Assembly (NCBI GenBank): GCA_973895155.1
Contig: OZ316893.1
Location: 2,934,430 to 2,998,429, forward strand
Reading direction: 5' to 3'
Source of the DNA: Marsupella aquatica
Lineage: Eukaryota; Plantae; Marchantiophyta
DNA length: 64,000 bases
The translations under genes and the position numbers were made by a program. The notes below the pieces were generated by a model. The model searched no databases. It was not told the DNA's origin and saw only the letters and a program-made list of their open reading frames with translations. This document shows positions 11,839 to 24,979 of this stretch, piece after piece (positions within the stretch are counted from its first letter, which is position 1; each line of letters begins with the position of its first letter).

Positions 11839-14591
11839 GGGGGAACTGATTGTGCTTGATTTGTATAGACAAACATGGTATGCTTCGAGTTGATGTTTAA
11901 GGCGGGGCTGCGCTCTGTGAATATTTGCGCAAGTGCCATTGGCCATCACCTTGAAAAGATTGGGTTTACGCGAAGATATTGCTGGCATTGGCACCATTAG
12001 GACTGAAGCCCCTGCTTTATAGATTGTAAATACTGTGATCCTAGAATTTGGAATGGGCAGGCATCATTGTTTACTATCTGCTATAGTGTCGTATTAATGT
12101 ATACCGTAGGAGCCATCTGACCAGTCCTCATTTACTTGATTTGAGGCATGGCTGGCCTTAAATTTTCAATCTTCAATTGATAGCTCGCTCTGTTAGCGCC
12201 TATTCCCCCAAGCTGTGTAACTTACGATACTGTGTGCTATGAACACTTGTCATCTTGGTGCAGTACACTTTACGTTTCCAAGTAGAAAAAGCTAAGTTTC
12301 TGTCTCTTCATCCACTACAGTTCCGCAGGGTTCTGGGCGATTGAGACACACAGCACACATTCGAAGCCGTCTACTAGATAAACTGGAGATGGATCGCTCT
12401 AAACACTGGAAGATGATCCTACCTAGTCTGCTGTAGACGATTGGTTTAGCCATTTAAAGGCTGTTTGGACCCAAACCTATACTCTTGAGGTTTTTGGACC
12501 GACGTTTGTTATTGAAAGGGTCATCCCTTTGCACACAGTGGACAAATACTTCGTCGTAATTAACCGAGTTTAGGTCACATAGGCACTTTTATAGCTCAGA
12601 CGTAAGTATTTTGGCCAGTCATAGGTGGTCACTTTTGACATGACATTTGAAATCATATATTCAAAAGATTTGTCCTTCGCACGAGGCAAGCGTACATAAG
12701 TGCAAACCCAGTAGTTTTATCTCGTCAAGCAACATATTATGGAACGTTATTTTACGCCGGCTATGAAATTTTGCTACTTTGCCCTAAAGTTATTCAATCG
12801 ATGACATTCATCTACTCTTAAATGGGGCTGATTCCAGGAAATCAGATATAGCCTTGCCGTGAGAAGAGTGTTTGAGCAGCTAATGAATATCTCCTAGAGG
12901 ATATGGATTCCTAGCGTACTTAAAGACTGCGGCGAGAGCTTCTGGAAGCGGTATGACAGGGTGAAAGTAGGAAAACATACATCAACAGAAAAAATTAATG
13001 TGAAGGTCATTTTCTGTCACTGCTTCAAGTTAAGAGGGAGTCTACCTCTCCATGAAACCTGGGCTTTGGTCTCCTACTTGACACGAGATAAATACGAAGG
13101 TCGAGTAATTGAGGGTATTTCTGTTAGTTCTCTAGCACAGTTAGAAATTTGAATTTGGACATTTGGTTCCGTCTGACATTTCACGAGATCAATCATACCT
13201 AAAGAATGCAGAGAGAAAGACGCCAAACCAACTCAATAGAAACTTCAAATGCTGGCATGTAATGTATTTTACGGCAGTTACAAAAACTAGAATTCGAGCA
13301 CCCAGAAATCGGGAATCCCAGCGAGTAGGTCGTGCTCGCTGCTCTAGATAATGTGGCCGACCCTTCCCTAAAGCCAGACAGGGCACGATGCACCGAATCA
13401 GAATTCCAGGAGGCGAGCAACACGATTGATGAAGAAAATGTTTTGGTCTGTTGTTGTTGGAAAAACGTTCAGACACGGATGAACAACTCTATTTCACATT
13501 TGTATTAGCGAAACAGCAAGAAGTCACCACAATGTTGACGTCATGTGGACAAGAAGGCGGTCGTTAGCCGGTTCGAAGATTTAGAATCAGGTTTCCGATT
13601 TAGAAATCCATCTCCTGAGAGCAATTACAATTTCTTCAGGGTTGTTCAGGGAGGACATGCACTGGAGGGGAAATTCTCATTTTCAAGTTCATACGTCAAT
13701 ACGTGCTGCTGTGTGGTTGAATCTATGAGATATTGGATATAAGAACGATTCCTGTTGATAGTTAACCGCGGTTAAATTCATCAAATTCATCTACATGCTA
13801 ATTGTCTTCCTCAGCAATTAGGGCCCATATATGCACTTCGATCAGAGAAGCGTCCGTCTTCGCTGCCCTTTTTGGGTGAACTTTGTCTTCAATCGATTTC
13901 TCATGATGCTGGAAGTTAAGGCCGTTCCCTTGCGATGAACACATGAAGAGATTGAAACTAAGCTATAAAGAGTCAAAAATTCTTGATCAGATTACAATAG
14001 TTGACGTAACTCACATGAGCACTCCACAGTACTTCTGTGGAATATTCAAGCCTGTCTGATTACTCCAAGCGTAGGGTCGATCTCATGAAAATATTAAGTC
14101 AAAATCATCACAATAATTTGGATTTCAAGAAATGTCCGGAGAGCTCACGTTTGTCGTTGGAGATTGATCTGGGGGATTTCATTACTTCCAACATAAGAAG
14201 TTACTCTATCCCAAGCTATATCTCTTTCTTATTTAATTGAGTCCTTGAGTCCTTGAATTCTACAGATATTTCGTGAAACAAACGCATCATCAAGCATTTT
14301 CGAAACGCCTAGCTTATTCACGTCGGGTTACATAGTAACCTACATTCGAATTTTTCTAATCGATAGTAATCAAATCTGTGTTACTGCAGAAGTCTTATCA
14401 ATGTATATTTCAAGCTAAGAGTTTGAATCAGAGGGAGTCGAACCGTAATTGGATCTGGGACATTTTTTCAATGGAGTCCTTCTAGTGAATCAGCAGGAAA
14501 TTGAACCGGCGAGCAAATCTCAAGACAAAACGTCGAGAATCGAGTGGAAACTCGGCAATATATCCATCCGACTTACGAGCTTTCTGTCAAG

Positions 14592-15688
14592 CTGGCTCTA
14601 GGCCATGCCATCCCCAGAACGAGAACGAAGACAGCGGAGGAGAGTCAGAATGAGCATTTCATAAACAGCTTATACGCATCGATAGCTCTTGAAGACATTC
14701 ACACCCTCGCAGCGAAGCTCACACCAGAGATTGAATGGTGGTTCCATGGGCCTCCATTGCACCAACACATGAAAGCTCTCTTGACAGGCGAGACCACCTG
14801 CAATGAATTCCATTTCATCCCCACGAAAGTTGGTTTGTTAGCAAATAAGGTCTTTGTAGAAGGACATGGCCGGGCTGACAGGAGCTGGTGGGTCCATGTG
14901 TGGACAGTCAATGATGGGAAGGTTACCCAACTGAGAGAGTATTCTAATACCGCTATCATGGTCACAAATTGCACTGGCGCTAGTCCATGCTGCTCAGGTA
15001 ATTCTACATCATCAGAGAGCATCTCTGGGGGGGGTTCTGGAACGTGGTCGGCATCAGCCAACTCTTTTGCTGCGCTACATGTAAGTTTTCATGCTTTTAA
15101 TGCCACGTTACATAGCTAGACACCACTGCTCCACGACCAGTCTATATATCTGATAAATTTTATACTGTTTTTGTTCTTGTGATCTTATATGTCCCTTGTG
15201 CAACTAAAAACGCTTGCGAAAGTTAGTACATGATCAACCAATGCTACTTTTGCTGTTCAAGAGAAAGCGAAGGAAAATAAAAGTCAAGCACACGGTATAG
15301 TATCTATAATTTCCATTCATGAAAGCTTCTTTCAGATGCCATAAGAGTTTAACATCCTGAGACAGTCCGTGCTTTTGAATCCCACATCTCGTGTAGTAAG
15401 CATTCAACGAATGCTGTACCAAGGCTCCAATGCTTTACACCAGCAATTTGCATAATTATCGTTCACATGATTGAAGAGTAGATTGCACGTACGATTGCCA
15501 TGATACAATTTCTTTTCCCATCCGACTCACGGATTGATAGATTCATGTTATGATGAGTAGTGCACCATCAAACTGAAAATGTGCAGGTGGCCAATTCTGA
15601 AGCAACATTATGGCAAAACTCCGTGTCTATGTTGCAAGATTCTACTATCCCTGGAATCATTCTAGTAATCGAAGGATCAACGGGCTAG
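14592..15688 (+). CDS. Wound-induced protein WI12/SAG20-like (NTF2/SnoaL-like fold), 2 exons, start codon uncertain (candidate CTG at 14592)
   Basis: Exon 1 (to 15080) has EWWFHGPP-HQHM-LLTG, VFVEG, WVHVWTV and TQLREYSNT. Intron 15081-15586 (gtaagt...tgcag). Exon 2 (15587-15688) encodes TLWQNS...IPGIILVI, matching the family C-terminus LWQS...PGLVLAI. Confidence 0.85.
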
Positions 15689-17626
15689 ATTCAAGAACCA
15701 AGACTGATTTCATAATACATGTGTCGTACAGCTCATTTCCAATCTTGAAGATCATATATTGATGGCTCAGTTCGATATAATTTTACTCTGAACAACGGAA
15801 CTGAAGTGAAATGCAGTCCATTATGTTAGTAAACATTGATGTTGATCGGATGAGATTAAACTAATCCATCCTGAGAGAATTGAGTACTAGTTTCTTCATT
15901 TATCTCGAAACGATTGTAACGTAAGACTACCATAGAGAATGCTTGATCTGCAAGCTAAAATGAAAATGAAATGAATAAATTTAAATACATGTTGATCCCT
16001 AAGTACAGCAGGAACGTACGTACTGCGGCAATACATTTTGTGTAGTTACTAATACATATTTGGGCCAAATGTTCGACTTTGGTACTCGGAACAGTCACCT
16101 TCATAAACAGCTACACAGACTACAGGAATCAATCGCTACACTCTCGCAATTGGAGACTGAGAAGTTCATTATGTTTACGAAAATGCAAGTGAGCAATTAT
16201 AGAGGTCATCTGTAACTGTCACAAAATACTTCCACACCGAGAGTGTCCCAGAAGAAGATAGAGCCCATCGATCCTCGAGCTGGTCTGCATGGATGTGCAT
16301 ATTAGAAATGATTGCAGATTACAATGGATTCAAAGTGCTTTGTGACGGTCGTAGACAACTTCACTGGACAGACTTGCTAAGATTGTCTTCGAGAAGAGAT
16401 ACAGACATGGACTTCTCTTCAGATTTCAAGAATATGATGCCACGCAGATTCTATATTCGGGTGCCTACTTCTTACATTGTATGACAGAGAATGATGAGAT
16501 ATTGATAAAGTAATATACTTTAGAGAGAACTTTAGAGAGTTTAATTTGGGATCACTCTTCCTTTCTGGCAAGTTTAGCCCTATTCCGACAATTTCCACTG
16601 TGTAATCATACCAAGGGATGCCAAGATCGAACCCATCTATATATTCAGTACCTGTCCAGCGCCAACTTCGAACTTTTACAAATGCGATTGATGCAAACGG
16701 GAAACGCTACCACCAACTCGTGAGAGCCAAAAACTATCTGAATAGTTCCATCCGTCGATCAGACCTTTGCAGTTGATGACTTGGTAGAGTATGGAAGAAA
16801 ACCTCTTGCTCAAGATACAAATGTACAGTCACTTTCAAATTATCATTGCATCATGCCTACATTAGATATTTCGAGAGAGAAACGCCCTAAAACACATTGT
16901 CACAAACTTTATCTACATCTGTTCAGCTAGTTGTCAGCCTTACATGTGGTTACAGGCCCCGAGCCTAAAAGATCCTCCTGGGAAGAATGGTGAGCTTTGA
17001 TAGTATATGTACTTTTGAATAATCAGAACATCTCTGTCTGAGTACTAATATTTCCGTTGTCAAACAATCAGCCCAATGAGCCGAATATAATACCCAGATT
17101 GCGAAGGACGTCGTTTCGACATTTTTCTTTGGCCAGTTTCTAGAGAACGAACCCTTAACTAGATCGACCAAACAGCATCATACGAACCCATCACTTAGCG
17201 AGGGAAGATAAGCAGTATCAGAAACCTAGCGACTAAAGGTCACCAAATAGAGACGGAAGCACCACATCTTTTATCGGAACTGCATCGTGATAGCTAGGTC
17301 TAATTGATATCTTTCTAGGGTTTTCATGTTAGCCCATGACCTCGACTGAAACAGTGATTTGTACGTGAGTTTGACTCCTGGGCAGATGGGCAGCTAAGAC
17401 TGATCGACCAATGCTTACTCTCGATGACTTTGGATCGAAAGCCACCTGGTGGCGAGCCTGGTGGATTTAGTCTCAGTCCTGATTCAATCGCTTCACGAGA
17501 TATTGAGGTTCAGCTCAGATCATCCATCTACCTAGCTAGATTGATCTTACAGATCTTAGTAGATGTGCTGTAACGCCTTCCCTGAAACTAGGACACTGCA
17601 AATGGACTCAGTTATACGTAAAGATC

Positions 17627-18334
17627 TCACCCCCTAGCTTGAGACTCTTCTGATTTTCTCTTCAAAAGTGCAAGAAATTGTTCTGATTGGATCAGCTCTG
17701 CAAGACACTGGCGAGGTAGAAGAAATTTCATCGACTCCTCCTTGATGCTCTCTAAGTCGGGTCTCCATGATCTGTTGCCGTCGCTGATCTCCTTCCACTC
17801 TATCCCTGCACTCTTGAGGAAATTATTTAGATTGAGTGTTGGCTGTGATGGTGACCGAGTGGTTTCAATAGGTGAGTTACTGATCTCTTCAAACGACTTC
17901 TCCATGGCGATTAGCGAGGCAGGCGGCTCAACATCCCTGCTGTGTAATTGACCATTATCACTGTCGTCTGAGAGCCAGTCCGAGACAGAAAAGCCTCCAG
18001 TTGCTATACAAAACCAGCAACTTGATGAGATGGAGGGCCTTCGGGGACGTCTTTTGCTTGCTACACCGAAGCGGGGGGGAAGAGGAAGGATAACGTAAGT
18101 GGTGCCAGGCTTGAGGACTTCCTCGTCACGGAGCATAACCCCCCTACAAATGTTTTTCTCTTGACCTGCCTCAGTAACACAGTGCTGGGGATGCGACTGC
18201 AACACATAAGCTACTGTGACAACGTGAAGGGCGGAGTAGATCTGCACCTTTCCATCTGTGTCCACAACTTTCACGGACTTCGGTCGAGACTTCGGTAGTA
18301 AGAAACACGTCGATCGCGGCACCGTGTTTCCCAT
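17627..18334 (-). CDS. DUF4228 (PADRE) domain protein, single exon, 235 aa
   Basis: MGN start, VKVVDTDGKV, HPQH, EEVLKPGTTYVILP and C-terminal WRPDLESIKE are all DUF4228 hallmarks. Confidence 0.85.
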   Translation of the reverse strand: MGNTVPRSTCFLLPKSRPKSVKVVDTDGKVQIYSALHVVTVAYVLQSHPQHCVTEAGQEKNICRGVMLRDEEVLKPGTTYVILPLPPRFGVASKRRPRRPSISSSCWFCIATGGFSVSDWLSDDSDNGQLHSRDVEPPASLIAMEKSFEEISNSPIETTRSPSQPTLNLNNFLKSAGIEWKEISDGNRSWRPDLESIKEESMKFLLPRQCLAELIQSEQFLALLKRKSEESQARG

Positions 18335-20975
18335 TGAAAACCAATCTGATCAATCCAATTATTTTCGAACCATGGTACAGCTAGCTCGGAACTTCAGCAG
18401 AGTGATCTTCACTCCATCTTCAGCAATAAATTAAGCACGTAAGCTTTCCCTTTCAACCCACAGCTTGACTGCATCGAATCGCTTTTCCACACACGTAGCT
18501 CACACTTCACGTGGGTTTCGTCTTTGCGAATGGAAGGCAGAGCTTCAGCACATTATGAAGACGCCCAAAAGAGCTCTAGACCAGCCCCAAAATAAGGGGA
18601 AGTCAGTACTGGAATGCATAATAGCTCTATCTGGAACCACAAAGAGCAACTCCGCTCTCAAGTACGGGTTGAGAGAAATCCTCATGTATGACTTGGGAGC
18701 CTAAACGGGCTGTGTACCAGATCGAAGGTGTCCTATTGGCTGGGTTGATTGTAGTTCCGAGAAAACTTTGCGTCCCTAAGACATCAAGTTAATGGCAGAT
18801 ATATGTCAAAGTGATCAATTTTGACGTTGGCATACGGAAACGAAAGAATGTATCCACAGACCACCACCACGTGACTCTTAATCGCCTGTTTCTAGTACGT
18901 ACCGCAGATAGACAGGGTAGGCAGCGGTCGCTGCTGCCCCCTAAATCGAGAGGGGACGAGTCTGCTCTGGTGGATCACCTCAATAGTTCCTTCCTGTCAT
19001 GGGCCATGTGGTATGTTCTGCTCAGCTGGACAGCTTACTCCCCACCCAACTTGAGACAAGTTTTTTGCTGCCTCGATCTCTGTAGATCCCCTGTGGTGGC
19101 CTCGTCAACACGCTGTCTCTTAAGAAACACTTCACACGAAGTTGGCAAGAAATATGATTCTCGAAACTGTGCATTCCGTCGGGCAATCAGTTCACAAACT
19201 TACAATTCTGGCTGGCGTCTAGAATCATGAATGTGCAAGTCACATGCAATGTATTCGTTTCGTCATCAGCTCACGATGTTTTAAGATCTCAGCGTGCTTC
19301 TAGAAACAGCACACCACATAAAACAAAACCCAGCCTGGGTTTGTTGTATGTGATAGAGGGAAATGTTCTATTTTTGCCCAAATGTACGCTGACGAATCGA
19401 GTTCCAGCCTGAGTCAGTCTGCCTAGTAATTGTCTTTCTGTCGTGTAAAACAAAAGTGGGCCTTTCCAGAATTTAAAACCTTGGAGCTTGAAGAGAAGGT
19501 CGGCGGGCTTTTTGGGGTGTAGCTGTCTTTGATAGAATTGCGTCAGAGTTGAATTTTATCTTGGACCAAGACCGATACTCCCGATGGTCACATTCAAATC
19601 GACATTTTCGATGGTAGGCAATCTAGCAGATTTACGTAACCCAAGGCAGTTTATCCTTTTTAGCTGGATTCCTTAGAAAGCAAATAATCAACCAGAGGCA
19701 CCAAAAATCAGCTACATCAAGACTAATCGAACGCTCATGCTAGTCTCGCCACAATCACAAAGACAGAATACCAGCTATAGTCGCAATCGATCCAGAAGAT
19801 ATTTTCCTTCATTTTAAGATTTCAATTGGCGAAGATTAAGGAATCCACAAGATACAGTACGTACCAATGTTTCAAACTCATCCACTGAGAAATCATTCCT
19901 TTTAAAATACATCTCCTTTTGTGAACTTTCCAGTGACAGAATTCCAGAATATATATTACACGGGGATCACTTCAAGCTCAAACTAAGGCTGACGAAAGGA
20001 CGATTATTCATATTTTAAACAATTAGATAGAGTATTTCTGGGAAATCTACCACGATAATCTTAGATTATGATCAGCAAAATGAGGAATCATGCACTAACG
20101 ATCGAATTCTGATTATCGTTTTGCAACTTATAGATCGAACAGGCATACATATTCACATGACCTGGCTCAAGTTTCTTGCAAAGTAGGGCTTCAACAACAG
20201 TGTGTCTAGCTACTTGATGCTAATCGCCGGTTTATATTATTCAAGAGTAATTTCTAAACCGATTTACAGGTTTTAGGACGACGCACTGGAGCAAATGACG
20301 AACTGCAAAAGGAAAACAGAACTAAATATAATGAATGCAGAGCCATCTTTTCCATGGAAACAAAAGTTTCGAAAATACACAAAGTGTGTTCAATTTCTTG
20401 CAGACGTAAAAAGTACGTAGTGCCGTCTCTTGGGGGCACACAGAAAATTCCGCTTGATAAGGAAACCTTCTGCGGACGAAGTCAGTTTGCATACAGTCAT
20501 TGGGTTTGAAAACGCAAACTATTTAATAATGGCGTTTGATACCTTACGTTTATCTTCAGAAAATAACGAGGTAGACTTTGGAAACTTTGGACACTGATAT
20601 CGCAATGATCAGACACATCCATTTAACGCTTTACTGCATTTTCCTGTACATTGAAAACTCTTGTAGCTATCACCCTGGGGCGATATTAATTCTGGCCTCT
20701 CCCCCGAATTGTTTACATGTACCTGCTTTAATTAAGTCCCGTTTGTTTCTCCCACCCTTCCCTCTGGTCCCTTTTCCTTAGTAGGCTGAAGCTTAGGCCA
20801 TTACAAGAAAAACCTTCAGCCATTTGTATTGAAGTAATTTAACTTATGTGTGGGAACCATTATTATTACTTTTTCTTTATGCTCTACTACCAGTGATTTG
20901 ATACACAATCTCACTTTGACTTTGACAACAGATCTAACAATTGTTTTTCTAATTTGATAGAAAAGCTTTTCCAAA

Positions 20976-21676
20976 TCTTACTAATAAACCGCGAACTGCA
21001 GCCTACTCTTCACAAGCTAGGGTCTAGAGTGAAGTCTCTAGACCGTAACTCTATGATCATCATGTGCATGGAAATACTTATGACATGACTATGATGTATA
21101 TATATACCAGTTTTATGTGATAGTTTTAAATATTTACATTCAAAAAATATAGGAAGTATGGCCCCACCACAACATATGTGCATAGAACATGGATGTGCAT
21201 ACAAAAAGCCTGATGTGCACATCAAGGAGAATGATATATTATATATGACTATTAAAACGACGGGTTTTTTTTCATTTCATTAACCTTCAAAGAATATAAA
21301 TAGAGAATATATTTTGATAATTTTTTTATTGTCCTCTCCGCTATTCCCCGGGGGCCTCAATCAAAGGGGTGTCCCATATCACGCTTGAAGTTTTGGGGGA
21401 ATAAAAACCCTAAAAGTTAAGTCAATAAAGGTTTTTTTAGGAATTTTTTAACCCCTAACTTATTGGAATATTCCAAGAATATTCCCATATTTGATTTTAA
21501 AAAACACTATGATTGTTCTAATTCTCAAAATTGGATTAAAATAACCCTAATGTTCTTCAACAAAAATTTAAAAGTATTTCACTAAACCCTATACTTATTT
21601 GCGCGTGATGGGTCGGAAGAAAAGAAGTGAGGACCCCAGGCGCTATTCACGTTCAAAGAACGGGTAGTCGGGGCTA
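20976..21676 (+). mobile_element. Non-autonomous Helitron, about 700 bp
   Basis: 5' end A|TCTTACTAATAAA. 3' hairpin cgttc-aaa-gaacg lies about 10 nt before CTAG|T. The element sits between A and T with no TSD, and its interior is AT-rich. Confidence 0.6.
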
Positions 21677-21902
21677 GTTACTTTGAAATAGACAAAAATA
21701 GGTAGCATATGTGCTGTCAATTTGGGCATTGGTTTTACTAGTGATACTATCTCTGATCAGGGAGTAGCCGTGCCATGTATAGGACTCTCATGTGAACTAA
21801 ATTTCATATGAATTGCATGTGCGCGCTGACTTTTATATTCATGTCTTTGCCCATGTTTGTCACTCTGCAGTTGGGGTGGATAATCCTCACCAACAAATAG
21901 CT

Positions 21903-21990
21903 CCCCACTCTTTGTTGGAGCAGAAATCTGGTCCGTTCATATGATCAGTACATGACAGCTAGATTTAACTCAGCACCAACAGAGGTGGGG
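21903..21990. mobile_element. Short inverted-repeat (MITE-like) remnant
   Basis: ccccactctttgttggagc..aaatctgg pairs imperfectly with ctagattt..gcaccaacagaggtgggg. Confidence 0.5.
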
Positions 21991-22756
21991 CAAATACATG
22001 CAACTATCTACACTGATTACCCCAATTAGTATCATAACTTGTATACTTAGTCTCCCTCCTTAAATAGTGTCACACACACTTATAATAAGGGTGTGACTAT
22101 AAATCTCCAAAGAATATAAAAAGTACTGTAGGTTACTTATTAGTCCCCTACAGATTAATAAGAAATGACACTAAGAAAAGAACCCCCTTAGTTTGGATTC
22201 TGAGTATCTGGACATGATGAATTTGGACATGACAATTCAATCTGGGTTTGGAAATGGATTGCAGTAGTAAGGTCTATTGTAAGTAATTCATTCTAGTTTT
22301 ATTTTGATTGAATTCATAATCTGATTTTCAATTCATCATACTTTTATTAATAAATTTTGAAGTTTAATTAACATTCATTTTTGCCGAGAGAGGCATGACT
22401 TTGTGGTAGCTCATTTGAGTAGAGACTATAGGTATTGGGGTTAACTAATTTTTGCTGACTTTTCCCTTTCTATGCAGTTTCACAGATTTCCCCTTTAAAT
22501 AAATAAATATTAACATTCATTTTTTAGTTTATATGTCATTGCAAATATGTCTTGCGTATAAGTTATATACACACATTAATTCAGAGTTCATCATACACTA
22601 TTTGCATGTCACCAAAAATAATCTCACCTACTTTAATTTAGAATGACATTTATTTACTCTCACTTTTTATATAGTCACACACACACACATTAATTATGGT
22701 GATATCCTTCAAAAACCTTTGTTACTAAATATTGTGAGTGAGATTAATTAAGATAA

Positions 22757-22840
22757 TCTCAACTGGTGGATTGAGAGTCCAATGTCCAAAAGTGTGTAGA
22801 CAGTCTCAACTGGTGGAGATTGAGAGTCCAATGTCCAAAA
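22757..22840. repeat. Tandem duplication of about 35 bp
   Basis: tctcaactggtgga(ga)ttgagagtccaatgtccaaaa, two copies. Confidence 0.9.
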
Positions 22841-23020
22841 GAAAACGTCAGGTAACTATAAGGTTTGCAAACCTTGCTTTACGATAGCAATTTAGAAAAT
22901 ATGGGCCTATTGAAAAGGCCGTCGGGCAGAGCTTGGGAGACAAGACCATGTAATCAGCTACTAGAGCAAATAAAAGCTGAAGTCCAATTCGTTCCACATT
23001 GGCCACAGACTCCACCCCAA

Positions 23021-23223
23021 AGTGGAGTACACTCACCCTTCTCGGTCAGATACTTAGCTATGGGAAGGGAAGTGGACTACACTCACTAGACCTGGACTAC
23101 ACTCACCAGACCTGGTCGCTTACAAAGATGTGGGAAGGGAGGTGGAGTACACTCACCAGTCCTGATTGCTTACAAAGCTGTGGGAAGTGGAGTACACTCA
23201 CCAGTCCTGATCGCTTACAAAGC
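23021..23223. repeat. Irregular minisatellite with core tggagtacactcacc
   Basis: Five copies of tgga(g/c)tacactcac; the last two lie in 45-bp units ending gcttacaaagct. Confidence 0.85.
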
Positions 23224-24979
23224 TATGATGGGCAGGGAGTGCTAGAGAGGGCATGGTGTGATCAAGTGACGAGGGCTTCCTACTTTCTATGAGAGATATA
23301 CTTATGGACCCCTAAATTGAAATGTCTTTTTTGATAGACCCAATGAGACCCCATGAGCTTTTGGATACATTGATTGAGATCTATTATTGGTCTGGATCAC
23401 TCATGATTCCATCGAGAAACACTTTGCATTTTGGGGGTCTATCAAGTACCTCTCTCTACTTTCTATTGAAGACAAAAGACAATCCGGAGAGTCATTGCCT
23501 GCAAGCCCTCCTCAGGGAGTGATGGTGGCACTCGTCTTTCATAGTCTTTGATAGGTACTATGCTATGAAACGCATGCAGTAATTGAAAAGCTTGCCTGAT
23601 GTATCGTCGGTCCCTATACAGTCGATTTACCGTATTCATTCAATAAACTGGAAAACGCTGTGCCTTCAATACATTATGGTGTCCGACCGGCAATAAATTA
23701 TTCAGCTCCTACAGTACTGCGTTCAGAAAATGGTATATGAGTTTGCTTGCACCTTAGGCGAGTTTCCAAATGATCCAAAAATTTTGCTCTCGGAAGCAAA
23801 TCTTTGGTGAAGTGCGTGGCATGTCTTCGTGCAGTGATCAGGAATACAAACGGAAACGCAGACTACGGCAAGCAACTCAAGGCGTCTACACAGTGCAAGC
23901 AAAGCAGAGGACCAGAAATTCCATGATCACGTTGGCTTGAATCCTTAATGTAGAATGCAGTCTTTGAACTCATAATTTGAGGGTTTCGGGTCTCTGTGTC
24001 ATGATTTGAGGGTTTAGGATTCAGTCTCATGATTGACGCGTCTAGGTTTCGCTCAGTGAAACGAACCAGAAAGACTTCACAGAAGATGACGTTCAGCTCA
24101 AGAAGATTTTTTATCACCACCGAGAATCAGTATGCAAATTTGTTGCCATTACATTTCATAGAAGTAATGAACAACTGGGAGGTTCGGTGGAAGAAATCCA
24201 AAGACACACTAGCTTTCAAGAAGCCTTCCATTTCTCGATTGGTGTGGCTCCTGGCTATGAATTTGAATTCCTACCCTTCTCGCCTGACTCGTCAAACCAT
24301 TGTTAACGCAAAGCGACAGATTCTGCTTCCAATGTACGCCAAAATTGATGCAATTACGGATGCATTCAACCAGCCACGGAAACGTTCTCGCTGATGATCA
24401 TCCACTTGTTGACCTTACCAAGCTAAGCCGATTTACAAGAGGTCACATGAGACTTGCCTCTGTCTCCCTTCCCATCATGTAGAGCAACGAATGGATCCAG
24501 TTTTTCGCTCATACAAACTAACTTGGACCTCATAGCTAGCCCACTTGCACACTAATTGAATCTTTGAATCTCCTAAACGAGCTTCCAGTTACCTGGAAAC
24601 GTGCAGTGGTAACGAAAGACTAATTCTCCTCGATCAATACCCCAAACTTTCTCAGCTTCTCTGTAGTATAATTGGTTGGTGGTTTCATAAGTAGTCGCAA
24701 CTGAAGTACCCAGCGGTTCCCATACACCAACTCCATTCCTCCAATTCGTTCAGAAGCACCTAGCTGCCATTACCCAGTCCGTCTGAGTACAGTAGCTAGT
24801 GTAGTGAATGTGTTAGATTGCCGCAGTTCAATTCGATTTTCGAAGGAATCCACTATAGCTGCTTTTTCACTGCATCCCTTTGCCGTTGTTGAATCGATAA
24901 CCATATTGTCAGGCTCAACAAAATGAAATTGACGAGTAGCACTTTGCACGCATGTTATAAGTCCCTAGCCTATAGCCTC

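Noticed and set aside
23021-23223. CRISPR-like repeat-spacer pattern
   Set aside because: Spacing is irregular and the spacers are homologous to each other, so it is a degenerate tandem repeat.
24029-24394. 121-aa ORF
   Set aside because: No motif or splice-supported structure; the length is compatible with chance.
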